Origin: Polyangiales bacterium
GTDB taxonomy: Bacteria > Myxococcota_A > Polyangia > Polyangiales > Polyangiaceae
NCBI GenBank assembly: GCA_038231275.1
Contig: JBBRLQ010000001.1
Coordinates: forward strand, 96,001 to 160,000
Reading direction: 5' to 3'
DNA: 64,000 bases
The notes under the pieces were generated by a model that saw nothing but the letters and a program-made list of their open reading frames with translations, did no database searches and was not told the DNA's origin. Position 1 is the first letter of the stretch, and the number at the start of each line of letters is the position of its first letter. The translations under genes were made by a program, and so were the position numbers. This document shows, piece after piece, positions 40,938 through 50,200 of the stretch.

Positions 40938-41989
40938 ACACCCCTCGCAGCTTCTCCTCGAGCGTTGCGGCGCTTTCTCTCGCGCTGCTCCTGGGTGTGT
41001 GGGCGTGCGGCAGCTCGGGCGGCACGACCGACACGGTCCCCGCAGCCCCTGGCGCCGGCGCCGGCACCGACGCGTCCGTCCCTGCTCCCGACGCGGCCAA
41101 CCCCGCGCCCGACGCCGGTCTCCCGGGGTTCGACGCCGCTCCTCCTCCGCTCGCCGCGTGCAGCGGAAAGTCCGCGCAAACAAAACGTGACGACACGTGG
41201 CAGCTCGCGTTCGGTGCCGACACGCGGACGTTCGATGTTCACTTCCCGGCGACGTACGATCCGAACGTCCCCACGCCGGTCATCCTCAACTTCCACGGCT
41301 TCACGTCGAACGCGCCGGAGGAGGTGCTCCTCAGCAACATGAACGACAAGGCCGACACCGCCGGCTTCATCGTCGTGTACCCGCAAGGGACCGGCACCGC
41401 GCAGAGCTGGAACGCCGGCGCGTGCTGCGGCGACGCGGCCGCGCAGAAGAAGGACGACGTCGGTCTCGTCGGCGCCATCCTCGACATGCTCGAGGACCGC
41501 CTCTGTGTCGACGCCAAGCGCGTCTACGCCACCGGCATGTCGAACGGCGGCTTCATGTCGCACCGCCTCGCGTGCGAGCTTTCGACGCGCATCGCCGCGG
41601 TCGCGCCGGTCGCCGGTGTCCTCGGCATCCCGACGTGCACGCCGACGCGGCCGGTGCCGGTCATCCATTTCCACGGCACGCTCGATCCGCTCGTTCCCTA
41701 CGCGGGCAGCGCGGTGCTCGGCTTCCCCTCGGTGCCCGACACGTTCGCGGCCTGGGCCAAGCGCGAGTCGTGCACGGGCGACGCCATCGAGACCTACCGC
41801 AAGGCGGACGCGCACTGCTCGTCGTACCAAGCGTGCGCGAACGGCAGCGAGATCACGCTCTGCACGGTCGACGGCGGCGGCCACACCTGGCCGGGTGGAA
41901 CTCCGGTCCCGACGCTCGGCTATACGTCGCCGAACCTCAGCGCGACCGACGCGATGTGGGACTTCTTCGCCAAGCACCCGATGCGCTGA
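40934..41989 (+). CDS. PHB-depolymerase/LpqC-like esterase lipoprotein
   Basis: Lipobox VWAC, LNFHG, VVYPQG, WNAGACCG, GMSNGG, HGTLD and GGGHTWPG. ATGA overlap with tetR. Confidence 0.88.
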   Translation: MNTPRSFSSSVAALSLALLLGVWACGSSGGTTDTVPAAPGAGAGTDASVPAPDAANPAPDAGLPGFDAAPPPLAACSGKSAQTKRDDTWQLAFGADTRTFDVHFPATYDPNVPTPVILNFHGFTSNAPEEVLLSNMNDKADTAGFIVVYPQGTGTAQSWNAGACCGDAAAQKKDDVGLVGAILDMLEDRLCVDAKRVYATGMSNGGFMSHRLACELSTRIAAVAPVAGVLGIPTCTPTRPVPVIHFHGTLDPLVPYAGSAVLGFPSVPDTFAAWAKRESCTGDAIETYRKADAHCSSYQACANGSEITLCTVDGGGHTWPGGTPVPTLGYTSPNLSATDAMWDFFAKHPMR

Positions 41990-42034
41990 GTAGAGCGGCG
42001 CCGAGCCTCGCGGGCGCGCGCAGGCGGACCGCGA

Positions 42035-42823
42035 TCAGCCGTTCAAGAAGACGCGAACGAACGACCTCGGCGCGCGTTTCTTGCGCACACACTTCGTCTT
42101 CGAGCTCATGTAGCAGACGGAGAACGCGCGGCGCGGGCGCCCGGTGGCGTTGAGGCCCGAGCGGTGCCACACGTGGTTGTGGATGAGGAGCACCTCGCCC
42201 GCGAGGACCGGCATCGCGACGATGTCCGCCTCTCCGCGCGCCGCGACGATGTGCGGCGGAACCACCCCTCCGAGCGGCGTCGCGAGCCCGGCGGTGTGCG
42301 TGCCCGGCAGGAATTCGACGCATCCCGCCTCCTCCGGTGCGTCGTCGAGCGCGGTCCAGATCTGGAGCTCCGGATCGCGATCGAGCCCCCAAAATCGCCC
42401 GCCGTCCTGGTGCCACGGCAAGTTCGAGCCGCCCTGGCTCGACTTGTTCATCAGGAACGCCCGGTAGATCGACACTTCGTCGCCGACGACCTCGCGCGCG
42501 ACGCGCCCGAACACCGGATTATTGATCCACGCCCAGTACGCTGGATCTTTTTCGAGCTTCTCGATCTTCCGGTAGTTCAAGGACGGGCCCTGCCATCCCT
42601 TGCCGTACTCGAGCTCGTCGTAGCGGTTGTTCTCGCTGTCCTTCTGGAAGAAGAGGCCCTCGTACGAGAGCTTGCCGAGCATCATCGCGTCGGCGCGCTC
42701 GCGCAGCGCCTCGAGCACCTCCATCGCGGCGACGCGACCCACGCGCGCGAAGCCGCGGGCGCGGTAGTCGCGCAGCGCGGCGTCGAGATCGAGGGTAGCG
42801 GCGGCTTCGGCGAGCACGGTCAC
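42035..42823 (-). CDS. Phytanoyl-CoA dioxygenase (PhyH) family Fe/2OG enzyme
   Basis: PWHQD, WTALDDA, GCVEFLPGTH and WHRSGLN...RRA. GTGA overlap with the AKR stop. Confidence 0.88.
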   Translation of the reverse strand: MTVLAEAAATLDLDAALRDYRARGFARVGRVAAMEVLEALRERADAMMLGKLSYEGLFFQKDSENNRYDELEYGKGWQGPSLNYRKIEKLEKDPAYWAWINNPVFGRVAREVVGDEVSIYRAFLMNKSSQGGSNLPWHQDGGRFWGLDRDPELQIWTALDDAPEEAGCVEFLPGTHTAGLATPLGGVVPPHIVAARGEADIVAMPVLAGEVLLIHNHVWHRSGLNATGRPRRAFSVCYMSSKTKCVRKKRAPRSFVRVFLNG

Positions 42824-43779
42824 CTCGCGTACGTGACGTCGGTGCCGGCCCAGTCGCGGCACAGATCGTCGATGCGCTTGCGCGTCTCGGGCGAGAGCGC
42901 CGCGGCGCAGGCGTCGATGCCGGCGTCGAGGTGCTCCACGCTGCCGGGCCCGAGGAGGATCGCGTCGACCCCTTCACGCCCCGCCACCCACGCGTGCGCC
43001 AACGTGACGAGATCGATCCCGGCGTCCTTGGCGACGTCGGCGAGCGCCATCACGCGATCGAACGTCGCCCTGTTCCAGTAGCGACCCTGGTAGAGCCGAT
43101 TGTTCTCGAATCGGCTCCCCTTTTGCGACGCGCCCTCGGTGTGCTTGCCGGTGAGGATGCCGCCCGCGAGCGGGTTGTAGACGGTCGTAGCGATTGGGTG
43201 CTTCTTGGTGAACTTGAAGTACTCGACGTCGAGCTGCCGGATGAGCACGTTGTAGATCTGCTGCGACATCACCGGTCGAGGCATCTTGCGCGCGTCGGCG
43301 ATGCTCATCATCTCGAGGATCTGCCACGACGCGAAGTTCGACACGCCCCACTGCAGGATCTTCTTCTTCTCGAGCAGCTCGGCGATCGCGTCGAGCGACT
43401 CTTCGATCGGCGTCCGGTAGTCCGGCACGTGGAGGTAGTAGAGGTCGATGCGATCGGTCTTTAGGCGCGTGAGGCTGCCCTCGCACGCGGCGAGGATGCG
43501 CGAACGGCCGAGCCCCTCCTGCTTGCCGTCGACGCGCCCGAAGCCCACCTTGGTGGCGAGGACGACACGGTCGCGCTCTTTCGCGAGCGCGCGGCCGAGG
43601 ATGAGCTCGCTCTCGCCGTCCACGTAGACGTTCGCGGTGTCGAAGAACACGACGCCACGCTCGATCGCCCGCCGGATCACGCGCACCGAGTCGGCTTCGG
43701 TCGTGCGTTTTCCGAAGTTCATCGTGCCGACATGAATGCGCGGCGGTTCGCCAGGCGTCCTCGGGGTCCACCAACTCAT
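42820..43779 (-). CDS. Aldo/keto reductase
   Basis: GTMNFG, FFDTANVY, LATKVG, DRIDLYYLH, GVSNF and YNPLAGGILTGK. Confidence 0.92.
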   Translation of the reverse strand: MSWWTPRTPGEPPRIHVGTMNFGKRTTEADSVRVIRRAIERGVVFFDTANVYVDGESELILGRALAKERDRVVLATKVGFGRVDGKQEGLGRSRILAACEGSLTRLKTDRIDLYYLHVPDYRTPIEESLDAIAELLEKKKILQWGVSNFASWQILEMMSIADARKMPRPVMSQQIYNVLIRQLDVEYFKFTKKHPIATTVYNPLAGGILTGKHTEGASQKGSRFENNRLYQGRYWNRATFDRVMALADVAKDAGIDLVTLAHAWVAGREGVDAILLGPGSVEHLDAGIDACAAALSPETRKRIDDLCRDWAGTDVTYAR

Positions 43780-43806
43780 GACCCATGCTGTTACAATGAC
43801 CAGCGC

Positions 43807-45093
43807 ATGGCCGAAAGCTCCAAGCTCGCGATCCTCGTCGGCGGGGGCCCGGCGCCCGGAATCAACAGCGTCATCGGAGCGGCGACGATCCGCGCGGCGC
43901 TGTCCAACGTCGAGGTCCTCGGCATCCAGGACGGCTACCGGTGGCTGATGGAGGGGGACATCTCGCACGTCACCCCGCTCACCATCGCCGACACGAGCCG
44001 CATCCACTTCCGCGGCGGCAGCCACCTCGGCATCGCGCGCGCCAACCCCACGAAGAACCCCGAGCACCTCGAGCGCACGTTCGAGTCGCTCGAGCGACTC
44101 GGCGTCGGCAAGCTCATCTCGATCGGCGGCGACGACACCTGCTTCTCCGCGCACCGCCTCGCCGAAATGAGCCACGGCAAGCTGCGCGTCGTGCACGTCC
44201 CCAAGACGATCGACAACGATCTGGATCTGCCGCAGGAGACCTACACCTTCGGCTTCCAGACCGCGCGGCACATCGGCGTCGAGATCGTGAAGAACCTGAT
44301 GGTCGACGCGAAGACGACGTCGCGCTGGTACTTCGTCATCGCGATGGGCAGAAAGGCCGGTCACCTCGCCCTCGGCATCGGCAAGGCGGCCGGCGCGACG
44401 CTCACGCTCATCCCCGAAGAGTTCGGCAAAGAAGTGCGTCTTGCCACGGTGGTGGACATCCTCGCCGGCGCGATCGTGAAGCGCCTCGCGCACGGGCGCA
44501 CCGACGGCGTCGCGGTCCTCGCCGAGGGGATCGTCGAGCATTTGCCGGAGGCAGATCTCGCTGGGCTCGCCAATGTCGAGCGCGACGAGCACGATCACGT
44601 GCGCATCGCGGAGATCAACTTCGGCGACATCCTCAAGGTGGAGGTGCAGAAGCGCCTCGCCGTGCTCAAGATCAAGACCACCATCGTCCCGAAGAACATC
44701 GGCTACGAGGTGCGCTGCGCCGATCCCATCCCGTTCGACATGGAGTACACGCGCGATCTCGGCTACTGCGCGGCGCGCTACGTGATCGAAGGCGGGCACT
44801 CCGCGCTCATCTCGATCCAGCGCGGCCTCTTCAAGCCCATCCCGTTCGCCGACATCATGGATCCGACGACCGGGCGCATGAAGGTGCGCATGGTCGACAT
44901 CGAGAGCGATCGCTACAAAATTGCCCGGACGTACATGTTGCGGCTCAAGCCCGAGGACTTCGATGATCCGCACGAGCTGAATCGCCTCGCACGAACGGCG
45001 GGGGTCACGGCCGAAGAGTTTCGCGCCGCGTTCGGCGCGCTCGTGAAGAGCGAGCCGAGGCCCGTCTCGATGCACGTGCGCGCCGCGCCGTGA
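43807..45093 (+). CDS. pfp: Pyrophosphate-dependent phosphofructokinase
   Basis: GGGPAPGIN, GGDD (PPi-type Asp), PKTIDND, MGR and GYEVRCADP. Confidence 0.9.
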   Translation: MAESSKLAILVGGGPAPGINSVIGAATIRAALSNVEVLGIQDGYRWLMEGDISHVTPLTIADTSRIHFRGGSHLGIARANPTKNPEHLERTFESLERLGVGKLISIGGDDTCFSAHRLAEMSHGKLRVVHVPKTIDNDLDLPQETYTFGFQTARHIGVEIVKNLMVDAKTTSRWYFVIAMGRKAGHLALGIGKAAGATLTLIPEEFGKEVRLATVVDILAGAIVKRLAHGRTDGVAVLAEGIVEHLPEADLAGLANVERDEHDHVRIAEINFGDILKVEVQKRLAVLKIKTTIVPKNIGYEVRCADPIPFDMEYTRDLGYCAARYVIEGGHSALISIQRGLFKPIPFADIMDPTTGRMKVRMVDIESDRYKIARTYMLRLKPEDFDDPHELNRLARTAGVTAEEFRAAFGALVKSEPRPVSMHVRAAP

Positions 45094-45105
45094 GCGGGCG
45101 GTTCG

Positions 45106-47127
45106 CTATTTTTTGAACAGCTTTCCGAAGAGACCGCCCGGCGGCGGCTCCGGGGGTTTCTTGGGGTTCGCGCGGCTCGTCGGAGTGGACGGGCCAAGCG
45201 GCGCCGAGCCCTTGCCCTTGCGCATCGCGTACAGGCGAACCTCGCGCGTCGCGTCGATGTTGCGGGGGTTCAGCTCCACAGCCTGTTTGAAATCCTTGTG
45301 CGCGCCCTTCTCGTTGCCGATGCGCTTGTAGAGCATTCCTCGATAAAAATAGGCTCGTTCGCACTTGGCGTTGAGCTTGATTGCCTGCTCGAGCATCGCG
45401 ATGCGGCGCTCGGTCGCGTCGTTGCCAGAGTTCTCCGGCTTCATCGACTCGAGCCACGCGACGAGGGCGACGTAATCGGCCTGCTGCGGATCGGCGTCGA
45501 AGGCGGCGCGGGCGAGCTGCTCGGCTTGAGCCAGGTCGTTCCGGCGGAGGCACACTTCGGCCTTTTGGAAATTCGTCGCCGCCTCGAGGATGCCGTGAAT
45601 TTGCGCCTGATCGTCGGGCGTCGCGCCGCCGTCCTTGATGAGCGTCATGTAGTGCGTGCGACGCTCGGCGTCGGTGAGCGTCTGGTGCGCCTCGCTCAGA
45701 TGGGCGAACACCTTCGTGCATTGCTCGCGCACGTCACGGATGGAGGGCGGCAAGCGATCGGGGTGCCACACCTTCGCGAGGAGGAAGTAGGCCTTCTGGA
45801 CGTCGTCGACCGTCGCGTCGCGCGGGATGCCGAGCATCTGGAAATAGTCCATGCGCGTGATCTCGTCCGCGCGCTGGATGATCTTCGCGCGCTGGGCGGC
45901 GATCTCGGGCCCGGCGGTCGGCATTCGCGACGAGCTCGGCGCTCCATCGGCGGCGCGCATCCCACTGGAGGGACGCGACGCCGGGGCGGCCGGAATGTGC
46001 GCGGAGGAGTGATGCTGCGCGGCCGGGGCCGCCCCCATCACCGCCGACGGACGAGGCGACGCGGGCTGCGCGACGGGCATCGGCGGCACACTCCCCGGGA
46101 GCGGCGGCGGGACAACGGATTCGAGCCCGCGCGTCGCCTCCGCGATCGCCGACGCGATGTCCGACTCGGGTGCCGCGACGGGCGGCGCGGGCGTGAGGAT
46201 CGGCGCCGACGCGCGCGTGTCGCGGCGCACGACGCTGGGCGGCGCGGGCTCGTCGACGACGCCGCCGGGGCGCGGGATCTGCCGTGGCTGGAGCTGCACA
46301 CGCGCGACGGGCGCGGTAGGAACCGTAGGCACCGGCACGCTCCTCCGGACCGGCGGCGGCGGGATCGACGGGTCGTCGGCGAGGATGTCGAGCTGCTTCG
46401 CGATGAGCATACAGTAGATGAGGAGCTGCTTGACGCTCGGCCCGATCGTGCCCGCGGCGGTCATCTCGTAGATGCGGCGCGGCCGGGCGCGGAGGAGCTC
46501 GACGAACTGGCGCTCGTCCGGCGAGAGGCCGAGCCGATCGATCTGCGCGCTCGCCGCCACGCGGAGCGGCGCGCCTCCCACCCGCGACAGCGCCGCGTGC
46601 GCGTGCTCCCACGACGGCGACTGCTTGATCGCGCCCCAGACGAGCGGGAGCGGATCGACGGTCACGAGATCGTCGGCGCCGTACCCCGCGAGCGAGTCGA
46701 ACGCGTCGTAGTAGGCGTACTGCGTCTCCGCCGGCCAGTTGAAGAGGTACTCGAGCTTGTGCACGACCTGACGGCGCAGCCCGTCGAGGAGGCGCGGCAT
46801 GTCGAGGATGCCGAGGCTCAGCAAGATCTGCCCGTGCAGCTGCCCCTGCCCCGGCCGGAAATACTGCATCGACGACTCGATCTGCTCGCTCGTGAGGAGG
46901 CCGGTCTCGAGCAGCACGTTGCTGAGGTAGCTCGTCGGCTCGCTCGTCCGGACCTTCGACGGGAAGCCCTCGAGGATCAAGATGGTCGCACGCTCGCCGT
47001 CGGGCGCCATCACCTCGATGGAGCCCGTGAGCTGCTTTTCGAGCAGGTAGAGCAAGAGGTGCGGGAACGGCGTCTTCGCCAGCGTGCCGCTTGCTGTCGG
47101 CTGGGGCAGGGGGGCGCCGCTCGTCAT
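45106..47127 (-). CDS. J-domain (DnaJ-like) protein with an N-terminal DUF4388/PATAN-like region, Pro-rich linker and C-terminal TPRs
   Basis: GTLAKTPFPHLL...LTGSI, then DYFQMLGI...KAYFLLAKVWHPD and TPR helices (AYFYRGMLY...FKQAVELNP). Confidence 0.85.
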   Translation of the reverse strand: MTSGAPLPQPTASGTLAKTPFPHLLLYLLEKQLTGSIEVMAPDGERATILILEGFPSKVRTSEPTSYLSNVLLETGLLTSEQIESSMQYFRPGQGQLHGQILLSLGILDMPRLLDGLRRQVVHKLEYLFNWPAETQYAYYDAFDSLAGYGADDLVTVDPLPLVWGAIKQSPSWEHAHAALSRVGGAPLRVAASAQIDRLGLSPDERQFVELLRARPRRIYEMTAAGTIGPSVKQLLIYCMLIAKQLDILADDPSIPPPPVRRSVPVPTVPTAPVARVQLQPRQIPRPGGVVDEPAPPSVVRRDTRASAPILTPAPPVAAPESDIASAIAEATRGLESVVPPPLPGSVPPMPVAQPASPRPSAVMGAAPAAQHHSSAHIPAAPASRPSSGMRAADGAPSSSRMPTAGPEIAAQRAKIIQRADEITRMDYFQMLGIPRDATVDDVQKAYFLLAKVWHPDRLPPSIRDVREQCTKVFAHLSEAHQTLTDAERRTHYMTLIKDGGATPDDQAQIHGILEAATNFQKAEVCLRRNDLAQAEQLARAAFDADPQQADYVALVAWLESMKPENSGNDATERRIAMLEQAIKLNAKCERAYFYRGMLYKRIGNEKGAHKDFKQAVELNPRNIDATREVRLYAMRKGKGSAPLGPSTPTSRANPKKPPEPPPGGLFGKLFKK

Positions 47128-47223
47128 CGGGGAGGGTCTCAATTTACACGCTTTTCGTCTCGTCTGAAGGGTCTCTCTGACAATCGCGACGACGCTTCAT
47201 CCGGCCCTGTACAATCGGTGGGC

Positions 47224-50200
47224 TTGGCGTCCACACCGCCCATTCCGGCGCGTCTCGCGCAATTCGAAATCATCCGGCGTCTTGGCGCAGGGGGCATGGC
47301 CGAGGTCTTTCTCGCCAAGAAGCGAGGTGCGGAGGGCACGTACAAAGTACTCGTCGTCAAGCGGATCCTCCCCACGTACGGCGGCTCTCGCCGGTTTCGA
47401 ACGATGTTCGTCGAGGAGGCGCAGGTCGCGACACGGCTCAACCACCCGAACGTCGTCCAGGTCTACGAGTTCTTCGACGGCGGCGACGAAGGCCAGCTCC
47501 TCTCGATGGAGTACGTGGAGGGGCCCGATCTCGGCATGCTCATGTCGAGCGCGAAACAAAAGGGCACGCGCATCCCCGCGTGGGTCGCGGCGTGGATCAT
47601 CGGCGAGGCCGCGAAGGGCCTCCACTACGCACACGAGAAGAAGGACGAAGGGGGCGCCAGCCTCGAAATCGTCCACCGCGACGTGAGCCCGCAGAACGTC
47701 CTCCTCTCGTTCGAGGGGACGGTGAAGATCGCCGACTTCGGGATCGCCAGCGCGAAGCTCTTCAACGAGGAGGCGGGCGTCCTCAAGGGCAAATTCGGCT
47801 ACATGTCGCCCGAGCAGGCGCGCGGGGAGAAGGTCGATCGGCGCAGCGATCTGTACGCGCTCGGCGTCATCCTCTGGGAGTGCCTCACCGGCCGTCCGCT
47901 CCACGGCGGCCTCGGCGGCGAGGCGCTGCTCGACATCGTACGCGAAGGAATGGTCGAGCCGCCGAGCACCTACGGGCGTGAGCTGCCGGTGGAGCTCGAG
48001 GCGATCGTCATGAAGGCGCTCGCGCCGAAGCGCGACGAGCGCTTCACGACGGGACGGGAGCTATGCTCGGCGATCACGCGCTCGCTGCTTCTGAAGCAGG
48101 AGCTGATCGAGGCGTCGACGCTCGAGGCGACGATCGCGCACCTCGTGACGCGCGAGAACACGCGGCCGGGCGTGAGCGAGCCGCCGGGACCAGGCGGGGC
48201 CGACCTGTCGAAAGCTCTCGACGGGCGCACGCAGGCGGCAGGTCCCATGGCGCTCTCCAGCATGGAGGGTCCGGGGGTCAGCCTACGGCCGTCGTCGCCA
48301 CCCGAGGCGCCGGGCGCGGAGGCTGCGGAGGCCCCCGCGGCGCCGGGACCACGCGAGGTGCGTCACGTCGCGCTCGTGACGCTGCGCCTCCACGGGCTCG
48401 GCAACGTCGACGACAAGGAGGACCTCGCGCTCCCGAAGGCGGTCCAGAACCTCCGCGTGATGCTCGGCGAAATGGCTTACAAACGCGGCATGCGGTGGAT
48501 CTGGGACTCCGACGGGGAGGCCCGCGCGGTCGCCGGTCTCAGCTCCAACCCCACGCGCGCGGCGGGCGACGCGGCGTGGCTCGCGCTCGAGACCCACGAG
48601 GCGATCCTCGGCATGAAGGAGGAGTTTCCTGGCTCGGTCGGCGCGTCGATCGGCATCGTCCGCGGCATCGCGTCGGGCACGCGCGATACGCTCGGCAACC
48701 TCGTTCGCTACACGCTCCACGATCCGGCCAGCCACCTCGCGGATTTGCTCGGCGCGGCGACTCCGCTCGAGCGCACGTGGGTCGCAGGCGGCGTATACCG
48801 CCTCGTGCGGCGCGAGTTCCATTGGGGCGACGCACCGACGCTGGAGCTCACGCCGAGCCCGAAGGTGAAGAATCTCCCGCCGACGATGCGCATCTACGCG
48901 CTCGAGCGGAGCTTGTCGCGCGACGAGAAGGTCGCGCAGGCAACCAACGCGCCCAGCGATCTCGTCGGGCGCGACGCGGAGAAGGGTGAGCTCGGCGCGG
49001 CCTTCCACGAGGCGGTGAACGCGGGCGGCGGAGGTGGCGCCGTCACGTGCCGCGCGGTCGTCGGGGAGCTCGGCATCGGCAAGACGGCGCTGGTCGCGAC
49101 GTTCCTCGGAGAGCTGCCCCCGAACGCGCGCATCGTGCGCGTGGAGTGCTCGCCGGTGCGCATGGAGGTGCCCAACAGCACCACCGCGGAGATCGTGCGC
49201 GACGCGATCGGCACCACCGGCGACGAGCCCTTCGAGGAGGTGGCCGCATTGATCGCGCGCCTCGGCGGCGGCGCGGCGAGCGGCGACGCGTCGAACCCGA
49301 TGGTGGCGCGCCTCGCCGAGCTGGCGACCAACCGCACGATGGGCCAGGGCGACGAGGACGACGCTCAGTCGCGCAAAAAACTCGTCGTGAGCGGCGTCCG
49401 CAACCTCCTCGCCGCGATCGCGCTTGAGCGACCGCTGGCGCTGGTCGTCGAGAGCATGCAGTGGGCCGACAAGCCCAGCCTCGAGCTCCTCGCCGAGCTG
49501 ACCAAGGTGGCCGATCCGCTCCCGATCCTCGTCATCTTCGTCGCGCGCGCCGAGGATCGCGTCGCCTCGACGCTCGAGGGAAAAGTTCGCATCGAGCTGC
49601 AAGGACTGTCGAGCGACGAGCAGGTGCGTCTGGTCGAAGCGCGCCTCGGCGTGCGAGAAGGCGTGCGTCAGGTGTGCTCCGAGCTCTTGCCGCGGGTCGG
49701 CGGCAACCCGTTCTACCTCCTCGAAATGGTCGACGCGCTGCTCGAGCGCGGCGCGCTGGAGATCCAAGAGGGCAGCGACGGCGACGCCTCGGCGCTCGTG
49801 CGCACGGATCGCGCAGAGTCTGGATTTCTCGCCCTTCCGCACACGCTGGAGCAGCTCCTCGAGAACCGGCTCTTCGAGCTGCCGGCGCAGGAGCGCGCGA
49901 TCGTCGACTGGCTCGCGATCGCGGGAGGACCTTTGCCCGTCACCGATCTCATGACGCTGACCAGCGCGGTCAGCTCCGAGACCGTGATGCGCCTGTGCGC
50001 GCGAGGCCTGTGCGATCGAAAGGGCGAGAGCGTCGATTTCCGTCACCCGCTCACGCGTGATGTCGCGTACCAGGCGCTTGGGACCAACGATCGCCGGCAC
50101 ATGCACCAGCGGCTCGGCGAGCACCTGGCGCAGACGTCCTTGGCGCGCGGGCTCTCTGCGGCGATCGTGGCGCGTCACCTGGCGCGCGGCGACGGCGGAC

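Noticed and set aside
45093-45114. Possible intrinsic terminator after pfp (short stem plus T-run)
   Set aside because: The stem is weak, and the T-run is explained by the Lys codons ending the convergent gene.
45298-47223. N-terminal 640 aa of the 2149-aa ORF, suggesting a giant protein
   Set aside because: It is the antisense shadow of the J-domain gene. The kinase domain begins right after TACAAT at 47210-47215.
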